A stretch of DNA of 64,000 bases from the human T2T-CHM13v2.0 reference genome, Homo sapiens (GCF_009914755.1 NC_060937.1), one strand, 5' to 3'; positions 43,745 through 60,042 are shown, numbered from the stretch's first letter. Notes: a model not told the origin generated them from the letters alone. Numbers and translations are program-made.

Positions 43745-44118
43745 TCCAGCCTGAATTATTAGATGAAGATTGGACCTCAGAAATTATCAAGGTGATCTTA
43801 ACCTTATTTTCCCCGCTTTACACAAAATTTTACTTTCCCAACACTCTTGAAAATAAGCATGGCCTTGTGACTTCCACTGTCTGAGAACAAAAACTAGTTT
43901 TCAGTGTCCTGTGGAAACTTTCAGTGTCAGACATTTCCCTGACCAGCCTTATGTGGATTATTGTATTGTTACAGGGCCTCCGTCAAGTTTGATTCCATTG
44001 TGACTATTCCCTCTTAGTCATGTGGTATAAATACGAAATAAGCTTTGTTGTTGTTTAGCCATAATATGTAGGGCTCTATTTTCTAAAAAACCACATTATA
44101 ATCTATCCTTACTGATAC
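43745..44118 (+). mobile_element. Old MLT1-type LTR remnant
   Basis: 3' end gttgtttagccataatatg...ctatccttactgataca; 5' boundary uncertain. Confidence 0.45.
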
Positions 44119-44786
44119 ATTAACAGCCAAACTAAATTAATTTCAACAACAAAAATCTATAACATATTTAGTCTTCTATTTCCACTCTCATTGTTTTGGT
44201 TCATTCTCATTATAAAATCTTATCTTTAATTTCGAGGATGGGGTGATTCTTATCTATATCCTGCTTGTATATAAATACATATTTTTAGAGAGGAATATAT
44301 TTTAATTAATCAATAAAATAAACTGAATTTCTGTACATAAAATAAATTTCTTACCTAAAGATTATATCCGCAGGACATAACAACTTAATAAATTTGGTTT
44401 CACCAGCGTACCAACAGGTTTGTTATCAGATTTAATACAAAACGCTTGCAGGAGAGGACAGGTGCTTGAAATTCAAATATAAAAGAATAGATTTAAAAAG
44501 TTACTTAAAAAGTTAAATTTGAATTAAAAATTTTACTGGAAAGTGAACTTGATCTTTCTCCTTATTTACAACCTTACTGTATTCTTACATTTTTGTCTAG
44601 CTACAGAATTCTCAAAATATTTGTCTTTCTCTGTCATATTCAGTGATTTAATATTTTACTCTGAATGTTTCATTTCTATAGATGAGTAATGTGTGAGCCC
44701 AAGGAAAAGCCCCAGCTTCCTTCCTCCTAACCTACCATTCAATTTCTCACTCTCCAAAATATGCTAAAACATACATACACTCTCTG

Positions 44787-44790
<4 letters not shown>

Positions 44791-44820
<30 letters not shown>
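44791..44820. repeat. (AC)15 microsatellite
   Basis: Pure AC run. Confidence 0.97.
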
Positions 44821-44822
<2 letters not shown>

Positions 44823-45256
44823 GAAAATTCATGACTCTTTCATTGAGAATCTCAAGTATCACAAAAAAATTCTGCAGTTGAATACCATATTGACAATAAT
44901 TCTTAATTGAACAGGTTTATTTTACTGTATTCTCTTATATTTTAACCTACATAGAATTTGCAATATTGTCCTAAGATTACCTGAGACAACAACATGCATT
45001 TTTAAACCATTCTTTGGGCCTTATGTTACATCATACACTCATCCTACCTCCATGGAAAAAAATATCATGACTAATTGGTTTCAGATTACAACATAACTTT
45101 CTTCCTGATTTATTCTTACCAAATTGCACAGTTCCGAAATTTCACTTCCCTACAGTACACATTTCCTGCTATATTTAGGTTATATTTTTCATGTCCATTT
45201 ATCATTTGTCACCTACTCTTCCTCACCAACTGATAGAGATGTTCCAATGCCTATTC

Positions 45257-45533
45257 ATTTTATTAGTTTTATTGTGACATCATTATGTACCACAATATAG
45301 ACCTTTTTCTAACGCATGCAGCCTGATGATTTTGGTATAGACACAGATTGTGTGATCATGATCGCATCATCGCTGATTTCATAACATTTCATCCCTCCCC
45401 AAAAATCCTCATGCACATTAATATTCGCTTCCCACTCCTCTCTCACAAGTTGATATCTGACAACCATTAACCTACTTTTTGTCTCTAAGGATTTGTCTAC
45501 TTTGGACATTTCACATAAAGGGAATCATAGACA
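45257..45533 (-). mobile_element. L1MB 3' end fragment
   Basis: acctactttttgtctctaaggatttgtctactttggacatttcacataaagggaatcata. Confidence 0.75.
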
Positions 45534-47980
45534 ACTGTGAAATCAGAAACAACCAGGCAAATACACAAAATATCTTTTAAAAAGTTCATACCACACTAAC
45601 AAAAAAATACTATGTTCGGTGTTCCTCTACTAATGGTAGAACTTATATACAGAAAGAGTTGATTTCATTTGTGTTCTGTATTATTCAATCTGTAATCTTC
45701 AAACAACGAGTAATTCTAGGCCCTAGAATCACTGACAAAAGACTACATAGTGTATAATCAGAGAAGGAAACAGATTTTACTAAAACCTTAAGTCTATCAC
45801 AGCAATTAGCTTAACAGTCATTGTGATAAGACTGTAAGAAACCAATTTTAAAGTTAAGTGCTTTCAAGAGACAAATAGTCAATGAAAAAGATTTCTTTTG
45901 GCATTTTTTATAACAATTTTAATACCATATTCATATTTTATCATGCAGTTGTTTCTATGGATAACTATTGCTATTTAAGCTTAACAAAATCTCTTCTTGT
46001 CTATTTTAATTCATTTATAGATATGCAATAAATAGGATATAACTTTCTACAAATGTTTAAAAGGCAGAATATTGATATTTTAACTTAAATATCAATTTAT
46101 ATTAAAAAGTGATTATAAGGAGATTTTTGGCAATTTAACCAAATGAAATCATTCTTCATATTATATTCTATAATACTACAATACACATTAAAAATAAGAT
46201 AAAGTAAAATACTGGATTATTTGGTTAACAATTCCAAGCTATCTGTCATTAAACTTGAATATTTTATGAGAAGCAAAAAAGGAAAAAAGAACTTACATAA
46301 AATATTTTAGTTTCACAAAAAATTAAGAGAAAAATGTATGATTTTTCTGATTGACTTGAGTAATATGAATAAGTAATTTGCTCTTAAAGTAGCAAAATGA
46401 ATTAATTTTGAGCACAATGAAATTAAAAGGTTTTAGCTTCCCTGATCTGAGCAAAGCAAGATGAATTTTTAATACAGTGAATTAATTAGGCACATAATGA
46501 GGAATAGAATACATAATATTCCAAATTCAGATAAATAGCAAAATAGCCCAGATTCTAAAAGAAATAAATATCATCCATCATAGACACACCTTAAATCAAG
46601 TTTATTGGAAAATATTAATGGCAACAGATCTAACAGAACAACATAAAATGAATTATATTGCTGATTCTGTTTCACAAAATTACATTTTATTTTTACCCTC
46701 ATCTGTAACTTTCTCTGGAGTTAATCTTAGGACATTACTCATTTTTTGAAGGTGTTAATGTACCATAAAGGATTTGCATTATCGTTAGACATACCATCTA
46801 TGCCAGGTGTTACATGTTCTCTGCATCTGCCCTGAAATTCATTTAAAAGCTTATAAATCTTTATGACCATATGATGTATTTCTATGATCGGTGGGATCCT
46901 TAAAAAGCTTCTGAAATATATATTATAAAATTAAGTTGTTTTTTATTTAACTTTTTTATACAACGCAGTACCTATGGGATTAATTTTAATTCTTTTACTT
47001 TTCATTATGTTCAATTTTATTTTGAAGTACTACTGCTATATATATATATATATATAAACTAATACATATATGGAGATTATAATATTTTAATATGCAATAT
47101 GATGTAGAGATTTGCAATCCAATCCCTGGAAAGGAAATCACTTCATATTTTCTAGACCTGTTTCCTAATCTACAAACCATTGTGTTGGAACTTGATATAT
47201 AAGCAGTAGTACATTTTTATGATCATTGCTAAATTATAAACTATTGTGGAACATTAAATGATGAATAAAATATTAACTCATATGTTAAATAGATTCCTTA
47301 GACAATCACAGGCAGGTTATATAAAATATATTTAATTTTATTAATTCTACTTTTCATATTTTAACAAATAAATATACATCTTTGTCAAACAAATAGAATT
47401 GGTATTAAATAGCTAAAGAGATAGTTTCAGAATAAATTTTATATCATTTGATAACTCAAATGGGGAAATATTTTATTAAACTATTTTCTTTCTAACAAAA
47501 AATTTTTAAGATGTGCTAAAGTCTACATCTTAAAAGGTAAAGGATTTGACAAATTCTATTTTAAAACAAAAGACAGGTAATGAATTTTAGTCCTTATAAT
47601 TTATTAACTTGTAATGATCCTTTAAAATATGTCTTATAAATTACTATAAGAGTTAAAGCAAGTTTCCTTACCATATAGTAACTTCTGTAGATGTCTGACA
47701 TGCTTACAGAAAACACACATTTTTGGGTACCACTGCATATCTATTGTATCTGAATTACCAAAAACACTTAATCTTCTTCCTTCCCTCCTCCTTTGCTTCC
47801 CTCTCCACAATGATTTTTAAGAAAAATCCCCATGATTCTTATTAATGGCAACATTTAGAAAAATTTCATATTCATCATTAAAATGTTTAGCATTTAGAGA
47901 ATATTATTGGCTTTATCAATATATCTAATTTAGAAAAAAAACTGCATGCTTCATGAATCTATAAACTCATGAACTTTAAA

Positions 47981-48293
47981 TTTATTTTATTTATTTATTT
48001 ATTTATTTTTAGAGACAGGATGTCACTTTGTTACCCAAGGTGAGTGGAGTGGTACAAACATAGTTCACTGCAGCCTCTAACTCCAGGATTTAGGGGATCC
48101 TCCTGCCTCAGCCTCCCAAGTAGCTATGACTACAGGAATTGTGCCACCATGGTTGACTCATTTTTTTAACTACTATTTTTTTGTGGAGATGAGGTCTCAC
48201 TACACTGCCCAGGCTAGTCTTGAACTCCTGGCATCAAACAATCTTCCTGCCTTCGCCTCTCAAACCCTGCGATTACAGGAATGAGCAAGGCCC
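47981..48293 (-). mobile_element. AluJ with (TTTA)n tail
   Basis: catagttcactgcagcctctaactcc...gatcctcctgcctcagcc. Confidence 0.9.
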
Positions 48294-49231
48294 AAGCTCA
48301 TATTTAAAAAATAATAAATAAATCAGAATTTATACATTGGGCCGTTTGTTAGGTCATTCAAGAGCATTTTGTCCTCATCTTAAAGTGATCGTTAAGTGAA
48401 CTTGTTTTAAGAATAAAATACAGATCTGTTTTTCTACAAGTATAGCTGATGTTCAGATATACTTTAAAAGTTACATTATTCAGTGTCTATTTTGCATTGA
48501 TTTTTTATTATATAAGAATCAGAGACAATATGGTAATATACTGTTTTAGTAGAAATCTAGGTAAAGTTGATATGTAGTTTCTGTGCTTATTTCAATGGAC
48601 ATTTATTTTTTACAGAATTGTAAAAAGAAAATCAAGCATAATATCTCATGAAACATTTAAGAAAAGCTATTTTTCTGTATGGGTTTAAACCAGTATGAGT
48701 GAGTAGTGAGAATTCCTAGTGCTATATATACCTCTTTTTACTCATGTAGTTCCTGCAGTAACACTATGAAATAGACAGAAACTTATCCCTACTTTATACC
48801 TCCTTGGATATAAGATTTCTTCATATTATGTACTGAGTACTCTTGATATGACAGAATATATATTTACTCATGTCATTGGCAGGTGGATTTATTATTATAT
48901 TTATTAGCTAGTACAAAAACTATATGTCTATTTACAGAGAGTCAGATATACAAAATCTCTTAAAAACAGAACTTATGGATTCCTAAACATATAAACATTT
49001 ATTACTGGACTCTGGATATTGTCCTCAATGAAAGGTCATCAAATTTCTATATAATGAAAGAATCTACAATTTAATTTAAAAAAAATTAAATGTTATCCAA
49101 TATCATAATAGAATATAATAGAATAATTAAACTTAAGCCAAAAAGAGTAATAGTTTTGTTCATCATATTATTGCTTATTCTATAATAATTGAGTATAGAA
49201 TATGAATTATATTCAATCTAATAATCATCTT

Positions 49232-50300
49232 TCTTCCTTCATTCAAAATGTATTGGAGTTTTGTTTGTTTGTTTGTTTGTTTTGTTTTGTTTCCCAAAGT
49301 AAGGCATTAGGGACGTAGTACTAAACAACACAATCAAGAACTTGGCCCCAAGTAGATCATTATTCAAGCTTTAAAAACTAACAATGAATAAATAAATTAG
49401 CTGATTCAAGTTTTAATTAATGCTGAAGGAAATTAATAGAACGATGAAATTCCAAAGGGATAATGTTGCTATCTTATATGAAGCAATCTGGGAAGCCTCT
49501 TTGAGGAGGTGTCATATGACCTGAAACTTGATGAATGAGATTGGATTGCTATAAAATATGAATACTAAGGCAAGGAATATGAATGGTATGTTATGATGAA
49601 GGAAAATAGGGAGAGTAACTGGTTTAGCTGGACTAAAGGAAATAAAAGCAAGGGATTGAATAAATTGGAAATTTAAACACTGAGGCTATACACTGAGATT
49701 AGGTTTATAAAAGGTCAAGAAAGTGAAGGTACCAAGTTTATTTCAAGTTCTATGGGTGGAGTAACATGAGTTTATATGTGGAAAAATGATATGACCTCTC
49801 TATACTGTGGGAATAAGAAGAATCTATGATTATAGTCCCAGAAGAGGTTTTATTTTTCCTTTTTTTTTTCCATTTTGTTTTGAGAATATGGGTTTGTTGT
49901 GGCACTGTTTCCTGAGATGGGAAACCCAGAGTACAGGTCCTTAGGGACCTACAGGACATCTCTGAAGTAGTAAAATGTGGAGTGAGAAAAAACAAGAGCT
50001 CTGTTTTAGACGTCTTAAATTTGAGAGCATTATATAACAAAGTGGATAGGTCACATAGACATTTGAATATTTGTTGTGGAGCTTATGAGTTTGTACATTT
50101 TAATATTGTTAAAAAATAGTCAAAATCTATTTGTAGTTAAAAATATAAGATTATGTAACCTTGTTTACAAAGGAAATGTAGAGAGTATTTTGGGTGCGTA
50201 ATCAAGCTGGGAGGCAGGCAGAAGCCAGTAGGAAAATGAGAAGAGTTGCCCAAGGGGAAGAGGAACACCAGGAGCCAACAGCAGCAATCCAGTTTCAGGG
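49232..50300 (-). mobile_element. L2 fragment
   Basis: ttcattcaaaatgtattggag 3' end; ctgggaagcctctttgaggaggtgtcatatga; ctgttttagacgtcttaaatttgag. Confidence 0.65.
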
Positions 50301-51822
50301 GTCAAAGGTGATTTTAAGTCACACCAAAGACTTTTCTTTCCCAACTTGTAGTTTATTTGGAAATATAATAGCCAAATTCAATGGTCTGTTAGAGATGCAA
50401 TGATTAATTTTGCTTTATTTCTTGGATTTCTCGGTTCATGTCTCTCCCAAACTAATGTTGCCTACAATGAGAATATCAGGATGTAAATTCTTCATCCTTA
50501 ATTGATTTTATTCTTGAGTTATTTTAATCATTTTATTCAAAGATTGTGTCAATCTATTTTCAACCAATTTGGGATCGAGGAACAGTAATTTTGTGTAGCC
50601 CTGCAAACTCCTGCCTGCCTTTTCATTTATGTTATTGAATCTGTTGTTTTTTTCCCCAAACCAATCTCTTTTAGACGGTATCTTGTTCTATATAGTCAAT
50701 AGCAACCAACTTATATTTTTCCCACTCTGTTTTCTAATTTGTTCTTTTAAAACTCCCAGCTGAGTGAGAAAACAATATTCTTTCCTAATTAGAACAAATG
50801 GCATATTACTAAATATTTTTGTCATTGCCTAATTCAATCATTATTCTAGCCTTCTATTAATATTGTTTTTGAGAGCTGTACCACCTTTTGGTACCAATTA
50901 CTGTATCACTTGTACTCAAATTTTCCATCACAGAGCTTGTCATATAGCTATAACTATTCTCACCAGAGGCTGGGAAATTTAGGGAATTAGAATTATCTGA
51001 TGTCTAATAGTACCCTCCATACTACATTGCAAACTTTTTGCTTCTTTCCTCTTTTTCCCCCCCGGATACAGCAGAGGAGAGGAAAGAGCAGCACAGACAA
51101 AAGAATCAGTGCTGCACAAGAAGAAAATACTAAATACCCTGAGAAAATATATTTTGGTTGAAGTTCTTACAGAAAGTTAGGCAGAAATGATAGAATGTAA
51201 ACTCAGACTTAAAAGACAAACAAATATTTTCTACAATAGAAAGCCTAAGTATTGTATTGATTTCCAAAAGTAGCTCATCGACATCTTGAGTTTCTTTTTT
51301 GTAACTATAAACACCAGGTTGTACACTACATCCACAAAAGGAAACTTGTCAAATATAGTACCCTGGAATCTGCATTTTATACAGGTCTCTGTATCATGAA
51401 AAGAATGTTCTACTTTATCTGGTTCACAAACCATTCATTTAATAGTATAAGGAGCTGCATAAAATGCATTTTCAAATCAAGTCAATATGAAAAATCATCA
51501 TTTTAATCACACACAGTAGAATCCTAAACCTCACAAGTATAAATCATGAACTTTAATTATTTTGTTGAACATTGTTACATATTAGATTTCAGAACACATT
51601 TTCAGTAACAGGAAAGTCCTGCAAGACTCAACAGAAATAAAGCTCATACTTTTTGATTACTGAGGTTAGTAATGCTAAGCTGGCACATACATAATTTGGA
51701 GAAAATCAGGTTAAATAAATGTTTAGATTATCCTTTAATTTGACTGCATAAGTATCACATTATTAACACAACTTAAATAAATTTCCTCAAAATCTAAAAT
51801 ATCTGTTTTGGAAGTTACTTCT

Positions 51823-52302
51823 CTGTTCAGACTGGGTACCAACATGAAACAGAAGGCAGAGTCAAATTAGAATATTTCAGGGAGTATTTAATAAATATAA
51901 TATTTATAAACATGTGAGCAGAGTATAAGCAAATCTGAAAGAATGATATAGTTCTGAGGAGCTTATAGCCGCAAAGCTATTACTACTTCTAGCACTAAAA
52001 GAAGAAAGGGAAGGAATCATTACCAAGACTTGGGAAAAAAAAGACACAGAGAAGGCTGTCTTGTGAAGAGCAATGACTTTCAATCATGGAACCCAACCAA
52101 ACTAGAGTATTCTGCAAGAAAGAGCCAGAAGAATAAATGTTCTTACTTCACTCTCCTACTCCTAGTTCATCTCTTGCCAGGGATATCATTGACTGAACTA
52201 AACTGTCAGCTAGAAAATAAGGAAGCCAACCTTCCAGAGCAAAGTTGGGTGGAGAATGGTGACGAATAGATCTGGATGAGTAAATGGAAGACAACCAGCA
52301 TA
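51823..52302 (-). mobile_element. LTR33-like ERVL LTR
   Basis: Right end gggtggagaa...gatctggatgagtaaatggaagacaaccagcata is the reverse complement of the LTR33 5' end as I recall it. Confidence 0.7.
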
Positions 52303-52353
52303 ATTTGAGATTTGGCGAGAGAGAAAATAACATTGTCTATAAAGAAAATAAAA

Positions 52354-52673
<320 letters not shown>

Positions 52674-53464
52674 CTACACTTGTTGACCGTTTAGTTTATA
52701 AATTTTTTTCGTGACAATTAGTTTGTGATATCATTTGATGACTATTGTTGATTGACAAATATGGTAAAGCTTTCTTTATAGTGGTCTAATCAAAGTTGAT
52801 AAAAACTATAATTGGTTTGCTATTTGGTTGCTATTTCTGGAACCACATTTCAATTAAACTAACAATACTTTGTGAAGTTTATTTGATATATAGCTCTAAT
52901 AAAATAAATTTCTTATTTCATTGATAGGAGCAAATAATGCTGTTGAGAAAACAATAGACATTATTAAAACTAGTAAATTTGCTAAAATAAATTAGTGTCT
53001 TAAGTGCAGCATTGAAAACCTCTCCTAAAATTCTCATACATTTTCCAGCAAGAGTTGGCTTCAATACATATAAATAAACGTGACTCCTCTGAAAATGTTT
53101 TTCCCCAAATTTTATATCGAATAAAATCTGATCTTGTTCTCTGCCTACGAATGAGATATAATTGATGTATAAGTCAGCTTAGGATGCCACAACAAAATCC
53201 TACAGAATAGGTGATTATAACAACAGAAATTTGTTTTCCCATAGTTGGGAAGTCCAAATTCCAAAATCCAAAACAAAACAGATAACTAGAAGTCCAAGAT
53301 CAAGGTGCCAGCAGGATTGGTTTCTGCTGAGGGCACTCTGCCTTGCTTGCAGATGGCTGCCTTTTCACTGTCTCCTCACATGGCCTTCTGTGCATGCTCA
53401 TGGAGAGAAAGAGCTCTTTTGTGTCTCTTCCTCTTCTTATAAGAAGCATACCCTGCTGGTTTAG

Positions 53465-53790
<326 letters not shown>

Positions 53791-53800
53791 TTCCTTAATT

Positions 53801-54293
<493 letters not shown>

Positions 54294-55112
54294 CCTTAAT
54301 TATATTTTTAAAAGCACTTGTCTTTTAAAATTCTAGTTGAATTCCCTCAACTAGAGGGAATTCAATTCAATATACAACAAATAACATACAAAATTTGCAT
54401 TTTATTAAGATAAATGTAGTTTACGAGTAAGGTAAAAATCATGAGTACCTTTCTCCGGAAAGCATATTAATAATTGTAGACTATTTTTGTAAACAACAAA
54501 CTTTGAAATATCTGATAGAGGAACTTACATCTTCTACTACATTTCTCTATTCTATTCTCCTTATATAGTATTCATATTAGTAAAATACATTTTAAAATAA
54601 AAAAGAAAGTATAAATAAAAAGATTCATCTTAGAGAATACCTTTCAGTTTTAGGATGAAATTCCAAAAGAAAGTCTTAGAATAATTTTTACTATTTTGTA
54701 AGAGTAACAGTCTAATCACTCCTCAGATTTTATAACCAGCTAATGATTTATTTTGAGACAATCATGAGAAATTTTCTTTAAAACTTTATTTGACAAAATT
54801 ATTTTAATTGATCTCATAGCATTATGAGTTTTACATTCTTTATTAATTTTAGCTATTGCTATGACAGTCTCTGGGGGTATTTATACAAAATGTAAAGTAC
54901 TCAATAGATAAATTTCTTTGGTTTTGCATTGTGAGTTCAAACTTTTAAGTTGACTTTTTGGCCGTGATAATGTTGTGATTCTAAATTGTGCAACAGATGT
55001 AATTGTACCTGTTAAAATTACCACCATGATATTAGAGGTATTTAATAATGCAAAAATTATATTTTCTCCTATTATATGTGTATATCAGTTCATTTTGTTT
55101 CTTAGATGTGGG

Positions 55113-56090
55113 AACAAAATCACAAGTGACAAAGAAAAATACATGAATTGAACTTCATCAATGTTAAAAATGTTTATGATTCAAAGCACACCATCAGGAA
55201 AGCAAAAAAGACAACTCAGGATGAAAAAAATTGCAAATTATATATCCAACAAAGGACTTGTATCCAGAATATATACAAAATTCTTACAATGATACCTTAA
55301 AAAAAAGCCTAATTAAAAATGCAAAAATGATATAAATAGATGTTTCTCCAAAAGTAAATACAAAATGCCATGAAAGGATGCTTAAAATCATTAGCTGTCT
55401 CAGAAATGCAGACTAATTAATTTTATATTCATTAGTCATGACTAAAAAGACAGATAATTATAAGTGCTGGCCAGGATATACAGAAATTGAATAGCTCAGA
55501 TATTGCTGATGAAAATATGAAATTTTATACATAAGGTCTCCATATGACCAGTTTCACTCTTTAGCACATAGTCAATAGAAATGAAAATATATTTCCAAGC
55601 TTGTAAATGAAGTTTATAGCAGCATTAGTCATACTAGCAAAAATTTATAAAAAGCCCAAATATCTATCAACTGATTTTGCATAAACAAATATGGTATATT
55701 CATACAATAGGCTATTATTCAGCAATAAAATGCAATGAAGCACTTATACATGCTACGACATGGATGTACCTTGAAAACATTACACTCTGTAAAATAAGCC
55801 AGCTAAAAAAAGACTACATATCATATAATTCAATGTATATAAAATGTTCAGAATATACACAAATCCATAGTAACAGAAAGTTGAGTAGTGGTTGGTAGGA
55901 GAAGTGAGCAAAAAGAAAAGAAAATGACTGTTAACAGATATGGAGACTCCTCTTGGGTGATGTATATTTTCAAAAATTAGGTAGTTATAATGCCTGCATA
56001 ACTGTGAATGCAATAAAAACAACTGAATTTTATACTTTAAGTGAGTGAGTTTGTGGTATGTCCATTTTATCTCAATAAAATTATTATAAA
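55113..56090 (+). mobile_element. L1MB ORF2 end and 3' UTR
   Basis: caaaggacttgtatccagaatatat...atacatgctacgacatggatgtaccttgaaaacatt...atctcaataaa. Confidence 0.85.
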
Positions 56091-56572
56091 ATAATGATAG
56101 CTTAATAAACATTGCTCCTGTTTTTTTGCTGATCTTAATAATTTATTGATAAATTCTGTTTTAGAGGGGGAAATAACAATATCATGTACATTTGTAGAAT
56201 AGCAGCTTATTCAATAATAATACAGTTCAAATAAACATACTTTTAACATCTAGTTAGCTATTTGTTATTAGACTTTGTCTTAGTTTTAGACTCAGTATTA
56301 ATAGCAGTATTAATAAATACAAGTAGTATTTTTAGTATTCCTGCTACTAGGTAAATATTATTATCTTGTATTATTCAACAAATTAAACAGGGTTGCAATT
56401 AAATGAAAATATAATAGGTATTAAATATAACCAATTCACCCCAAACGAGTTGATCTCTAAATTTAAGACTAAAGTAACCCAAAACACACAAGTAAAATGA
56501 ATGGGATAGGGAAAAAACAACATTTAAAATCATATACTTTGGCAAGTTTGTGGAAAACTGTTTTAATATAAG

Positions 56573-56942
56573 TGATATAGTTAGGTTTTGTGTCTCTACC
56601 CAAATCTCATTTTAAATTGTAGTCCCTAGGTGTTTAGGGAGAGACCTGTTGAGAAATGATTGAATTTTGGGGGCAGTTTTCCCCATGCTGTTCTCGTGAC
56701 AGTGAGTGAATTCTCACAAGATTTGATGGTTTTATAAATGGTAGTTTTTCCTGCACTCAGATATGCTTGTCTCCCTCCTGCGGTCTTGTGAAGGAGATGC
56801 CTGCTTCGCCTTCTGCCCTGATTGTAAGTTTCCTGAAGCACCCTCAGCCCTGTGGAACTGTGAGTCAATTAAACCACTTTTCTTTATAAATTTCCCATTT
56901 TGGGGTATTTCTTGATAGCAAGTGTGAGAAAAGTCCAATGCC
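56573..56942 (+). mobile_element. THE1D/MSTA-like solo LTR
   Basis: TGATATAGTTAGGTTTTGTGTC start; ggaactgtgagtcaattaaacc; perfect 5-bp TSD ataag. Confidence 0.9.
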
Positions 56943-57579
56943 ATAAGTCAGATAATTTATTCTACTATACTATTCATCATTCTATAACTATTGCTGAATT
57001 AGCTACCAAAAGAAGAAATTATCACAAACTTTCCAACAAATTAAAATTTTCAGACATCAACTATTAACATGTCAAATTATAATAATTTTAGTGTTACACA
57101 AGGATTAAAAGATTATAAATGCTTTCAAATTAACCTTGTAGGAAATACAGTATAACCTTAAAATAACCTAAGCTTAGTATTATAGTAGAATGGGCAAGAA
57201 TAAAGTTTCTTCCATTTGCTTGCTGAAGAAATCTGTAATAAGAATGTATCATATCTAAATTAGAAAAAAATGCCTAAGGTGTATATTAATATGTTGTCAT
57301 GAGCAATCTTTGCATGTAACTATCATTTAAAAATTGCGATTAATCAATTAGTGCTTTCTTGGGGCATAACATAATTCATTTAAGATTTGGGATTATTGAA
57401 AACAAATCAAATTTTAATTGCTCAATTTTTCATGGGATCAAAAATTGGGACTGTTTTATGAATTATAAACATATTTTCTTAAGGCTAATTATTTAAGGAA
57501 AAAGCATACATATCTTTCACTTCAAATGCCAATTTATGTTTAAGGCTGTCACTGAATAGTAAAATGTCATATTCCCACA

Positions 57580-57765
57580 TCCCCTTCAGTACTCTCTATG
57601 CCCCTTCTCTATTAATTTATTTATAGAGCTTATGATATCTGAAATGCTATCTATTTTGTTTACATACTTATTTTTTTACCACCACAGTATATGAAATACT
57701 TGAGGGAAGGGATTTTACTCACTGCTAAATTCTTTGCATTTGTAACAGTGACTGTCAATACTCTA
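57580..57765 (+). mobile_element. L2 3' end remnant
   Basis: cttgagggaagggattttactcactgctaaattc...aacagtgactg. Confidence 0.5.
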
Positions 57766-58099
57766 CGCGTAGTAAAGTTTTCTGACAGAAAAAAGGAAGA
57801 AGGGGATGGAGGAAGGGAGGAAGCAAGGAAGGAAGTAAAAACTTTCCTTCTCTTAATACATATAAACATACATAGGGCATAATTTTGATATTGACATATT
57901 TATGTATGTATTTTAACTCAGGTGTAATGTACCCTTTGTATCTATTAATTCCCATTCCTCTTTTATATTCTTAAATGAGCAATAAGAATTTTGTGTATCT
58001 CTTTTCAGTCCACATTTATAGACATATTTTTAAAGATGTATGCAATAACGTATATATGTTAAATTATACATGTCTGACATCTCTATGAGATTTACATAT

Positions 58100-59845
58100 T
58101 TTCCACTACCTTTTGTATTATCTATGCATTTTTATACTCATAGATCTGTTTCATATAGTTCTCAATTTAACTACTATTACATGAGTATATCATATTGATT
58201 TATTCATTTCTTCATGATAATTACTTACTTTAGTTCCAAGTTTGGCTATTAGAGAAAGTAACACTGCAATGCCCTTCTTTGAACACTTTGCTAGTGCATA
58301 TGAACAAGAATTACACACACACAAAGAGATATACACACATATATAAATGAGAAAGGGAATATATGAATGTATATGTAATATATATGCATTGATTCACACT
58401 GCACATATAGCAGTTTACAAGATACAGTAGTGCCAATTTTATCTCCTAAATGTTTATACAAATTCTAATTTTCAAATCAGATTATGAGAGCTTTTATTGT
58501 ACTACATCATCATTACCAAAACTGAGTATTATCATGCTCTTTTTTTTTTAATCTGACAACAGTGACCTGATTTAATTTTGATTTCTCTGATTAGTTGGAT
58601 ATCATTTTAATGTGCTTTTCTCATTTGTATCTATTTCTGGGTAAATTTTTTATTTATTAACTTTGTCAAAATTTATTGGATCATTTTTCTCTTTTCTTAT
58701 TGATTCATGAGTTTTTTAAATATTGTGGATACACAATTTTTTATCTGTTTCTAGTCTTGGAATATTATGCCTTTTAATGAAGTTTTTTTACATGTAAAAC
58801 TTTTTAATCTATTACTTTATGATTTATGCTGCTCATGATTTCTAAACATGTCTTTTTCTACAATTCATAGAAATATTTCTTTACATTTTCTTATGAATAT
58901 TTTCAATTTTTAGCAAATTTAGCTCTTGTGGAATTTGTTTGAGGACATGCTATGAGATAGTGTTTTAGTAACATTTTATCCCATATGCATAATGTATTGT
59001 CCCCAGCTACATATTGAATTGGATTTTCTATACAGGTTTTCAATGCTAGCACTCTACCAATATCAATGTATTTGTGGACCTAGTCCTGTGCTTTCTGTTT
59101 TGTTTTATTGATATCATTTTTAAGTCACATAACAGTGACAATATTATTTTAAATATAAATTTTTAAAATAATGCTGTCAGATAGGTAAGATCTGACAACT
59201 TGCTTTTTAAATGTAGATTCTTTTTTGACATTTCATCATATCTTATGTAATTCAGAATCAATTTGTTAAATTTCATGAAAAATTGTGCTGGGATTTTTAT
59301 TGGAAGTTTGTTTTAATTCATAGATTATTTGAAAATCATTTACATCTTTATGACTTTGGGTCTTCCAAACAACAAACATGGTTGTCTTTCTATTTCATAA
59401 GATCTTTGTTTATGCTTCAGTAAATATTTAAATATTTGACATAAAAGTAGTGCAACTGTTGTTAGATTTACTTTTGTGAGAAGTATGACATATATTTATC
59501 AAAATGTTGATAGCAAGTATAACTCTTTTACATATATATCAGCATTACTAGTACCATTTTTGCTAAACTTGAATAGCTTTTCTTATTTATATGGTGATTT
59601 GGGTAGATGGTTTATGTAGAATTATTACTTGCTCCTTGAAGATGTTTTAAAATTCTGCATTAAAACTGGTTGCTGCTGCTTCCTTAATGACAGATGGTAG
59701 AATATTTCTGAGATTTTTTTTAATTTAAAGGTTATTGGTGTATTCTTGTGTTAACAATTTATTAGTCTTTTATTATTTATATTTTTTCCAAAATACTTAT
59801 TTCATCTAAATGTTCAAAACTGCTGGCAACATGTAGCAATCATTT
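58100..59845 (-). mobile_element. Highly decayed L1ME-type fragment(s)
   Basis: ttttgatttctctgatta; cagaatcaatttgttaaatttcatgaaa...gctgggatttttattggaa. Confidence 0.6.
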
Positions 59846-59944
59846 CACTATATGTACATATATCAAAACAGCATGTTGCACATCTTAAATATATATAATA
59901 GAAAAGGAATAAAAATACTAGCAAGATATCTGTAATTATGTTTG

Positions 59945-60035
59945 CTTGTGTCGTGTATGATTTCCTTCAGTAGTGTTTTGTAGTTTTCCTTGTAAAGGTC
60001 TTTCACCTTCCTGGTTAGGTATATTCTGAAGTTAG
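59945..60035 (-). mobile_element. Short L1PB-like ORF2 fragment
   Basis: Translates IYLTRKVKDLYKENYKTLLKEI. Confidence 0.85.
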
Positions 60036-60042
60036 GTATATT

